Below are positions 17,717-23,358 of a stretch of 32,000 bases of DNA, in pieces. The number at the start of each line of letters is the position of its first letter. The first letter of the stretch is position 1. The notes under the pieces were generated by a model. It did not search any database. It saw only the letters and a list, made by a program, of their open reading frames with translations, and was not told where the DNA came from. The stretch lies in assembly GCF_000017305.1 (NCBI RefSeq), contig NC_009664.2:2010001-2042000 (forward strand), given 5' to 3'. This DNA comes from Kineococcus radiotolerans SRS30216 = ATCC BAA-149. GTDB lineage: Bacteria > Actinomycetota > Actinomycetes > Actinomycetales > Kineococcaceae. A program made the position numbers and the translations under genes.

Positions 17717-18025
17717 TCAGTGCTCGTGGTCGTGCCCGGCCTGCGGGGTCGGCGGCACCGGCACCTGCTCGCCGAGCTCGTCGTAGGCCTGCGCGACGAT
17801 GTCGCCGGTGCCCAGCCGCAGCCGCTCGACGCCGGTCTCGGCGGCGCGGGAGGCCTTGATGCCGGCCTTGGCGCCGTTCACGGCGAGGCGGCGCAGGGCG
17901 TTGCCCCCGCGGCCGTCGCCGAGGGCCTTGACGATGCCGGCCGAGGCGACGGCGGTGAGGGCGAGGCGCCCGAGGGGGGCGGCGATGGGCAGCACGAGGG
18001 ACCTCCTGGTACGACGGGGGTTCAT
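17717..18025 (-). CDS. PacL/DUF1490-like small membrane protein (P-ATPase-associated metal chaperone-like), C-terminal His/Asp/Glu motif
   Basis: This is the ORF 17717-18076 frame. ATG 18025 overlaps the upstream stop (ATGA). The translation is MNPRRTRRSLVLPIAAPLGRLALTAVASAGIVKALG...GDIVAQAYDELGEQVPVPPTPQAGHDHEH-stop. It has one N-terminal hydrophobic helix, an Ala/Lys-rich helical middle and a terminal HDHEH. It ends 4 nt upstream of the P1B ATPase. Confidence 0.7.
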   Translation of the reverse strand: MNPRRTRRSLVLPIAAPLGRLALTAVASAGIVKALGDGRGGNALRRLAVNGAKAGIKASRAAETGVERLRLGTGDIVAQAYDELGEQVPVPPTPQAGHDHEH

Positions 18026-19116
18026 TCCACCACGAGGGGCGCGGCGGACGCGTGGCCGCTGCGCGGTCCCAGCCACGCCTCGAACCCGTCCTCCCCCGGG
18101 TCGCCGTGGCCGGCGGCCTCCTCGTCCGGGGTGGCGAGGACGTCGGCGAAGGCGCGGCGGACGCGTTCGCGCTCAGCGGGTTCGGTGCCGGTGACGACGA
18201 GGTGGGTGCTGCGCCCGCCCGGCGACCAGGGACCCGTCTCGCCGATGCTGAGCTGCCCGCCGGCGCCGTTCCACGCGCAGACGGTGCCCGGCCGGCTGGT
18301 GAGGCGGAAGGTGCCGCGGGCGCGCAGCCGCCCGGCCCCGAGGTCCTCGACGCGGTCCAGCAGCCGGTCCGGGTGCAGCGTGCCCCGGGAGGTCAGCTCG
18401 ATCGTCCAGACCCCGGAGGTGTCGGGGACCGGGGGGCGACGCACCGTCAGGAGGTCGGCGCGCGCCCCGGTGCACCGGCCCGCGCCGAGGGGGGCGAGCA
18501 CCTGCGCGCCGTCGGCGCCCTCCAGCTCCAGCACGGGGACCGCGGGCCCGCACAGGTGGGCCAGCAGGGTCCGGGCGCGGTCGTCGGCGGTCCCGGCGGC
18601 CAGGACGAGGTCGGCCTCGTCGAGCTGCCCGGCCAGGGCCTCGCCGACGGCGCGCTCGTCGTCGTCGTGGGTGGCGAGGCCGCGCTCGGAGAGCAGGGCG
18701 TCGCCGAGGAGGTCCTCGACGAGGGTGGCGGCGTCGACGACGGTGACGACGCCGCGCACGGCGACGGCCTCCCGCAGGTCCTCGTCCGCGCACAGGGCCG
18801 CCACCAGCGGGGTGGGGTCGCTCCCGACGGGCGGGACCAGCACGAGGGTGGACCAGCGCCCGCCGGCGGCGATGGCGGCCACGGTGGGCAGGACGTCCTC
18901 GCGCTGGGCGCAGCCGGCGCAGGCGTGCTCGAGGGGGACGACGACGTCCTCGACCACGCCGCCGAAGTCGCTGACGACGCGCCGCAGGCCGTCGGGGGTG
19001 AGGTCGTAGCGCAGGACGGCGGCGCCGGGGACGTCGCAGAACACCGTGCCGGTGGCCAGGTCGCGCTGGAGCGGGTGGACCGAGGTCAGGACGGTGATCG
19101 GCAGGACGGGGGACAC
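18022..19116 (-). CDS. COG0523 (CobW/G3E GTPase)-derived protein lacking a Walker A P-loop, with CobW_C-like C-terminal domain
   Basis: This is the C-terminal 364 codons of ORF 18022-19833. GTG 19116 lies 5 nt after GGAGG; in-frame GTGs at 19122 and 19128 are alternatives. It is colinear with the COG0523 layout. PITVLTSVHPLQRD replaces PVTVLTGFLGAGKTT. EHACAGCAQREDVLP replaces the GCICC-type metal motif. LVLVPPVGSDPTPL replaces IETTGLADP. VVTVVDAATL and QLDEADLVLAAG are conserved-like. The C-terminal VWTIELTSRGTLHPDRLLDRVEDLG...STHLVVTG is CobW_C-like. Confidence 0.65.
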   Translation of the reverse strand: MSPVLPITVLTSVHPLQRDLATGTVFCDVPGAAVLRYDLTPDGLRRVVSDFGGVVEDVVVPLEHACAGCAQREDVLPTVAAIAAGGRWSTLVLVPPVGSDPTPLVAALCADEDLREAVAVRGVVTVVDAATLVEDLLGDALLSERGLATHDDDERAVGEALAGQLDEADLVLAAGTADDRARTLLAHLCGPAVPVLELEGADGAQVLAPLGAGRCTGARADLLTVRRPPVPDTSGVWTIELTSRGTLHPDRLLDRVEDLGAGRLRARGTFRLTSRPGTVCAWNGAGGQLSIGETGPWSPGGRSTHLVVTGTEPAERERVRRAFADVLATPDEEAAGHGDPGEDGFEAWLGPRSGHASAAPLVVE

Positions 19117-19129
19117 GGACACCTCCACA

Positions 19130-19144
19130 TGAGAACGATTCTCG
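19130..19144. promoter_or_regulatory. Zur-box-like palindrome TGAGAACGATTCTCG (core GAGAA-CGA-TTCTC perfect) between the COG0523-like operon and the divergent orphan ORF
   Basis: Read directly. It lies 14 nt upstream of the GTG at 19116 and downstream of a minus-strand TAACGT -10-like hexamer. It is adjacent to a plus-strand TAGGGT -10-like hexamer (19147-19152). It matches 10 of 15 positions of the actinobacterial Zur core TGAAAATCATTTTCA as I remember it, and resembles the second box at 19818-19832. Confidence 0.5.
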
Positions 19145-19185
19145 TCTAGGGTGACGTTAGCAGTCCCCCGACCCCTGGAGGAGCC

Positions 19186-19563
19186 GTGCCCCGCCCCGCC
19201 CCCGCCCCGTCCCCGTCCCGGGGCTGGGTGCTCGTCCCCGCGAGCGAACCCGGTCTGCTGCACCGGGCGCGGCACGTCGTGCGCCGCTCGCGCGACCTCG
19301 TCCTCGTGGCGCTGGACCCCGGGGCGACGGCCCCCGCCCACGCCTGCCTGGGCGTCGGCGTGGAGTTCGCCCGGTCCGCCCCGCGGCCGGGGCGGCTGGT
19401 GTGGCTGCGCGACCTCACCGCCACCGAGACCGCCGCGGCGCTGGAGTGGATCGGCGGACCCCTGGCGGGTCTGGGCGACCCGCCCGCCGCGCTGCGCCAC
19501 CGGGTCGCGGCGACGCAGCCGGCGGGGGTCCACTCGCGAGCGGGGGGTCAGCCGCGCGCGTAG
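19186..19563 (+). CDS. Hypothetical protein (125 aa), no recognisable domain
   Basis: GTG 19186 follows GGAGGAG (19177-19183). Reading the codons myself, about 119 of 125 third positions are G/C, which is the coding signature of this genome, whereas the overlapping alternative frames are Arg/Pro-rich junk. The translation is [96 protein letters not shown]... The 3' end overlaps the convergent rpmE2 by 16 nt. Confidence 0.5.
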   Translation: MPRPAPAPSPSRGWVLVPASEPGLLHRARHVVRRSRDLVLVALDPGATAPAHACLGVGVEFARSAPRPGRLVWLRDLTATETAAALEWIGGPLAGLGDPPAALRHRVAATQPAGVHSRAGGQPRA

Positions 19564-19802
19564 CGGCGCCGGAACTTCTCCACGCGCCCCTCGGTGTCCA
19601 GGACCCGGGCGTTGCCGGTCCAGAACGGGTGGCTGGCCGCCGAGACGTCGACGTCGAACACCGGGTAGGTGGCGCCGTCCTCCCACTCCAGGGTCGGCAG
19701 GTCGCGGCGCGCCGCGAGGGTCGAGTTGGACAGGAACGCGGTGCCCGCGGCCTTGTCGCGGAAGACGACGGGGCCGTAGGCGGGGTGCAGGTCCGGTTTC
19801 AC
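19548..19802 (-). CDS. rpmE2: 50S ribosomal protein L31 type B (cysteine-less, zinc-independent paralogue)
   Basis: [84 protein letters not shown]. This is the typical type-B L31 (KxxxHP...HPFxTG, no CxxC). GTG 19802 follows AGGAGGA. Confidence 0.92.
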   Translation of the reverse strand: MKPDLHPAYGPVVFRDKAAGTAFLSNSTLAARRDLPTLEWEDGATYPVFDVDVSAASHPFWTGNARVLDTEGRVEKFRRRYARG

Positions 19803-19817
19803 GATTCCTCCTGTAGA

Positions 19818-19832
19818 TGAGATACGTTCTCA
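19818..19832. promoter_or_regulatory. Zur-box-like palindrome TGAGATACGTTCTCA (TGAGA-N5-TCTCA) in the 74-bp divergent rpmE2 / rpmB promoter region
   Basis: Read directly; the 5-nt arms are exact reverse complements. It lies 16 nt from the rpmE2 start and 45 nt from the L28 start. It is the only AT-enriched stretch in the region. It matches 10 of 15 positions of the remembered Zur core. C- ribosomal paralogue operons are classic Zur targets. Confidence 0.55.
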
Positions 19833-19876
19833 ATAGTACGACCCACCCGTCCGTCCGTCACGACCAGGGAGGACAC

Positions 19877-20113
19877 GTGTCCGCTCGCTGCCAGGTCACC
19901 GGGGCCGTCCCGGGCTTCGGCAAGTCCGTCTCGCACTCGCACCGGCGCACCAACCGCCGCTTCGACCCCAACGTCCAGCGCAAGAGGTGGTTCGTCCCCT
20001 CCCTGGGGCGCACCGTGACGCTGACCGTCTCCGCGCGCGGCATCAAGACCGTCGACGAGCGCGGCATCGAATCCGTGATCGCGGACCTGCGGGCCCGCGG
20101 GGAGAGGTTCTGA
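19877..20113 (+). CDS. rpmB: 50S ribosomal protein L28 (paralogue lacking the Cys zinc ribbon)
   Basis: GTG 19877 follows GGGAGGA. The translation is [78 protein letters not shown]. The L28 signature is present with only one Cys. Confidence 0.9.
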   Translation: MSARCQVTGAVPGFGKSVSHSHRRTNRRFDPNVQRKRWFVPSLGRTVTLTVSARGIKTVDERGIESVIADLRARGERF

Positions 20114-20280
20114 TGGCGAAGTCCCAGGACGTCCGCCCCGTCATCAAGCTCCGCTCCACCGGGGGCACCGGGTACACCTACGTCACCCGCAAGAACCGCC
20201 GCAACGACCCCGACCGCATGGTCGTCCGCAAGTACGACCCCGTGCTGCGCCGGCACGTCGACTTCCGAGAGGAGCGCTGA
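20113..20280 (+). CDS. rpmG: 50S ribosomal protein L33 (cysteine-less paralogue)
   Basis: ATG 20113 overlaps the L28 stop (TGATG). The translation is [55 protein letters not shown]. The L33 pattern is present with no Cys. Confidence 0.92.
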   Translation: MAKSQDVRPVIKLRSTGGTGYTYVTRKNRRNDPDRMVVRKYDPVLRRHVDFREER

Positions 20281-20283
20281 ACC

Positions 20284-20589
20284 GTGGCCAAGAAGAGCAA
20301 GATCGCCAAGAACGAGCAGCGCAAGGAGGTCGTCGCCCACCACGCCGCGCGCCGGGCGGAGCTCAAGCGCACCGCCGTGGCCGTCACCGCCGGCGAGGAG
20401 GAGCGCGCCGCCGCGCGCCTCGCCCTGCAGCGCCTCCCCCGCGACGCCAGCCCGACCCGCGTGCGCAACCGCGACGCCGCCGACGGCCGGCCCCGCGGGA
20501 CGCTGCGGAAGTTCGGCCTTTCCCGCATCCGGGTGCGCGAGATGGCCCACGCCGGGGAACTGCCCGGCGTCACGAAGTCGAGCTGGTGA
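20284..20589 (+). CDS. rpsN: 30S ribosomal protein S14 (long, cysteine-less form)
   Basis: [31 protein letters not shown]...[43 protein letters not shown]. This is the 101-aa long S14 with no CxxC. Confidence 0.92.
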   Translation: MAKKSKIAKNEQRKEVVAHHAARRAELKRTAVAVTAGEEERAAARLALQRLPRDASPTRVRNRDAADGRPRGTLRKFGLSRIRVREMAHAGELPGVTKSSW

Positions 20590-20602
20590 GAGGAGGACCG
20601 CC

Positions 20603-20725
20603 GTGAAGGTCCGCGCGTCCCTGAAGAGCCTCAAGCAGAAGGAGGGCTCCATCGTCGTCCGCCGCCGCGGGAAGACGTACGTCCTCAACAAGCGCAACCC
20701 CCGCTGGAAGGCGCGCCAGGGCTGA
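20603..20725 (+). CDS. rpmJ: 50S ribosomal protein L36 type B (YkgO-like, cysteine-less); below the ORF-track size cut-off
   Basis: Own translation from GTG 20603, which follows GAGAGGAGGA: [40 protein letters not shown], stop TGA 20723-20725. This matches the MKV-x-SLKS...RRG...V-N-x-NPR-KARQG pattern of zinc-independent L36 paralogues. Confidence 0.85.
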   Translation: MKVRASLKSLKQKEGSIVVRRRGKTYVLNKRNPRWKARQG

Positions 20726-20752
20726 CCCGCCGGGCGGGGTCGCGGAGGCCCC

Positions 20753-20780
20753 GTGCCCCGGCCCCGCCGGGCCGGGGCAC
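20753..20780 (+). terminator. Perfect 12-bp GC stem / 4-nt loop hairpin after the ribosomal paralogue operon (I-shaped, no T-tract)
   Basis: GTGCCCCGGCCC-cgcc-GGGCCGGGGCAC was read directly, 28 nt after the rpmJ stop. A second imperfect hairpin follows (about 20788-20820, core GGGGAC-tgga-GTCCCC). Confidence 0.6.
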
Positions 20781-20828
20781 CACCCGTCCGGGGGGTGGGG
20801 ACTGGAGTCCCCCGCCCCGGCTGCCGAT

Positions 20829-22004
20829 GTGGTGACGGTGGGACCACGGGGAGCAGGACGCGCACCGGCGCCGGCCGGCGGCCGCGCCGTCCCCGCGCCC
20901 GCCCCGGACCTGGCTTCGCTGCGGGCCAGCGAGGTGTTCACCGTCCTGTGCGCCCCCGGCCTGCTGCTCCTCGCGGTGGCCGTCGTGGTCCTGGTGCCGG
21001 AGTTCCTGCACCCCGGCACGACCGGTGTCGTCCTCGGCGGGGGCGTGCTCGCCCCCCCGGTCGCGGCGTTCGCGATCCTGCGGCAGCGGCGCACCGGGCG
21101 CGCCCAGGGCTGGTGGTCGGTGTGGGCCACCGGCGTCCTCTCCGTCCTCACCCTCACCATCGACGACTCCGCCTTCCGCCAGACGGCGGTGATGGCGCTC
21201 GTCGTGGGCCCCCTCTACGCCGCGATGTTCACCAGCACCCGCTCCATGCTGGGCCACCTGGCCCTCGCCGTGGCCGCCGGTTCCGCCCTCGTCGCCGGGA
21301 TCCCCGGCGACGGCGAGGAACGGGCGATGCGCGTCCTGGCCGTGCAGATGGTGCTGGTGCTCAGCGTCGTCGGGCTGTTCGTCCTGCGCCGCCGCCTCGA
21401 CACCGCGGTCGCGCTGCTGACCCTCGCGCGCGACCGGGCGGACGACCTCGCCGGGCACGACCCCCTCACGGGCCTGCTGAACCGCCGCGGGCTGCGCCTG
21501 GCCCTGGAGGCCGCCGCGGCCGGCGGGAGGGGACTCGGCCCCACCGGCGCGGTCCTCCTCGACGTCGACCACTTCAAGACGGTGAACGACACCCTCGGCC
21601 ACGACGCCGGCGACGCCGTGCTGATCCGGATCGCGGCCGTCCTCGCCGCCACCGCGCGACCCACCGACCTCGTCGCCCGCATCGGGGGCGAGGAGTTCCT
21701 CGTCGTCGCCACCGCCACCGAACCCGGGGACGTCGCCCGCCTCGGGGAACGGCTGCGGGCCGCCGTCGTGGCCGACGGCGGCCGGCCACCGGTCACCGTC
21801 AGCGCCGGCGTGGCCTCCTGCCCGCCGGAACCGGGGGTGCCGTGCCTCGTGGACGAGCTGCAGTCCCGCGCCGACCGGCTGCTCTACCGGGCCAAGAGCA
21901 CCGGCCGCAACCGCGTCTGCGTCGAGGAACCCGGGGAGGTGACCCCCGCGGACCCCGCCCGGGCGGGTGCACCGGCCCCCCGCCTCCCGGGCCGGTCCGG
22001 CTGA
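20829..22004 (+). CDS. Membrane-anchored diguanylate cyclase (GGDEF domain, GGEEF active site with RxxD I-site)
   Basis: The N-terminal half is hydrophobic (about 5-6 TM). The C-terminal part reads HDPLTGLLNRRGL...LLDVDHFKTVNDTLGHDAGDAVL...RPTDLVARIGGEEFLVV...LLYRAKSTGRNRV. RPTD lies 5 residues before GGEEF and forms the I-site. The start (GTG 20829, 20832 or 20838) is uncertain. Confidence 0.85.
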   Translation: MVTVGPRGAGRAPAPAGGRAVPAPAPDLASLRASEVFTVLCAPGLLLLAVAVVVLVPEFLHPGTTGVVLGGGVLAPPVAAFAILRQRRTGRAQGWWSVWATGVLSVLTLTIDDSAFRQTAVMALVVGPLYAAMFTSTRSMLGHLALAVAAGSALVAGIPGDGEERAMRVLAVQMVLVLSVVGLFVLRRRLDTAVALLTLARDRADDLAGHDPLTGLLNRRGLRLALEAAAAGGRGLGPTGAVLLDVDHFKTVNDTLGHDAGDAVLIRIAAVLAATARPTDLVARIGGEEFLVVATATEPGDVARLGERLRAAVVADGGRPPVTVSAGVASCPPEPGVPCLVDELQSRADRLLYRAKSTGRNRVCVEEPGEVTPADPARAGAPAPRLPGRSG

Positions 22005-22028
22005 AGCGGACGGCTCGGCCGGGGCGGC

Positions 22029-23102
22029 TCAGGCCACGCCGAAGCGGAACTCGGTGACCGTGCGGAACTCCTCACCGGGCAGCAGGACCGTCGAGGGGAA
22101 CTCCGGGTGGTTGGGGGCGTCGGGGAAACCCTGCGCCTCCAGCGCCAGCCCGTCCCGCGGACCGTAGGCCGCCCCGGCCTTGCCGACGAGGGTCCCCGCC
22201 AGCGATCCGCCGGTGAAGAACTGCACCCCGGGCTGGTCCGTCCAGACCTCCAGCGTCCGGCCCGAGACCGGCTCCTCCACCTGCGCGGCGCGCGTCACGT
22301 CCCGCCGCCCGCCGGGGACGTCGGCCAGGACGTAGCAGTGGTCGAACCCCTTCCCGCGCCGCAGCTGCTCGTCGTCGAGCTCGACGCGGTAGCCGACCGG
22401 GACGGGTTCGCGCAGGTCGAACGGCGTGCCCGCCACGGGACGGAACTCCCCCGTCGGCACTCCGCCCTCGTCCACGGGCAGGAACGCGTCGGCGAGGACC
22501 TGCACGAGGTGGGCGTCGACCGTCCCCGACCCCTCGCCGGCGAGGTTCCAGTAGGCGTGGTTCGTGAGGTTCACGACGGTCGTCGCGTCCGTCGTCGCGC
22601 TCGTGGTGACCGCCAGGATCCCGTCGTGCAGGGCGTAGGCGACGTGGACCGACAGGGCGCCGGGGAACCCGTTGTCCCCGTCGGGGCTCAGCAGGGAGAA
22701 CCGGACCCCGCACGCCCCCTCGACGGGGTGGGCGGTCCAGAGCTTCTCCGAGAACGGGTGCGGCCCGCCGTGGATCGCGTGGCCCCGGTCGGTCGGGGGG
22801 ACGGCGACCTCGAGACCGTCGAGGGGGAACGCGCCGCCGCGGATCCGGTTGGCGAACCGGCCGACGGTGGCGCCGAAGGAACGGCCCTTGCCCGCGTAGG
22901 GGGCCAGGTCGGCGAACCCGAGGACGACGTCGGCGCGGCGGCCGTCGCGGTCGGGGGCCAGCACCGACTGGACGCGGGCGCCGTGCTCGACGAGGGCGAC
23001 CTGCACGGTGCCGTCGTCCAGGACCCAGCGCCCGACCGGGCGCCCGTCCTCGAGCCGGCCCCAGTCCTCGTCGACGCTCACCGTTCCCGTCAGGTTCTCC
23101 AC
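22029..23102 (-). CDS. galM: Aldose 1-epimerase (galactose mutarotase family)
   Basis: 357 aa: VALVEHGARVQSVLAPDRDGRRADVVLGF...GATVGRFANRI...HAIHGG...NLTNHAYWNL...GFDHCYVL...LALEAQGFPDAPNHPEFPS. These are the canonical mutarotase motifs. Confidence 0.88.
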   Translation of the reverse strand: MENLTGTVSVDEDWGRLEDGRPVGRWVLDDGTVQVALVEHGARVQSVLAPDRDGRRADVVLGFADLAPYAGKGRSFGATVGRFANRIRGGAFPLDGLEVAVPPTDRGHAIHGGPHPFSEKLWTAHPVEGACGVRFSLLSPDGDNGFPGALSVHVAYALHDGILAVTTSATTDATTVVNLTNHAYWNLAGEGSGTVDAHLVQVLADAFLPVDEGGVPTGEFRPVAGTPFDLREPVPVGYRVELDDEQLRRGKGFDHCYVLADVPGGRRDVTRAAQVEEPVSGRTLEVWTDQPGVQFFTGGSLAGTLVGKAGAAYGPRDGLALEAQGFPDAPNHPEFPSTVLLPGEEFRTVTEFRFGVA

Positions 23103-23112
23103 GACGGGGACG

Positions 23113-23358
23113 CTACCGGGGAGGCCGCGACCCGGCCCGCCGACCGCCCACCGCCCCCACGACCGCCGTCGTCACGACGCCCAGGCCGGACAGCAGCAGG
23201 ACCCCGGCGGCGTACCAGCGCCAGTCCCAGCTGCGGTCGAGGACCTCGTGGGCGGCGACGGCGACGGCGACCGCCAGCAGGACGAGGCCGCCGAGGACGG
23301 CGCCGAGGTCGGGGGTGCGGGGCGGGCGGGGCTCGTCCTCGCGCGGGTGCTCGGTCAC
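23113..23358 (-). CDS. Small two-TM membrane protein, translationally coupled to the PspC/LiaF-like gene
   Basis: GTG 23358 overlaps the upstream stop (GTGA at 23355-23358). The translation is VTEHPREDEPRPPRTPDLGAVLGGLVLLAVAVAVAAHEVLDRSWDWRWYAAGVLLLSGLGVVTTAVVGAVGG. No domain is recognised. Confidence 0.55.
   Translation of the reverse strand: MTEHPREDEPRPPRTPDLGAVLGGLVLLAVAVAVAAHEVLDRSWDWRWYAAGVLLLSGLGVVTTAVVGAVGGRRAGSRPPR

Noticed and set aside
15454-17859. 801-aa plus-strand ORF opposite the P-type ATPase
   Set aside because: It is an antisense shadow. The minus strand contains every canonical P1B ATPase motif in the correct order.
22741-22760. TTCTC-C-GAGAA palindrome inside galM, considered as a third Zur-type box
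   Set aside because: The half-sites are in the inverted order (TTCTC...GAGAA rather than GAGAA...TTCTC). It is internal to a coding region and lacks the flanking TG/CA, so it is most likely a chance occurrence.
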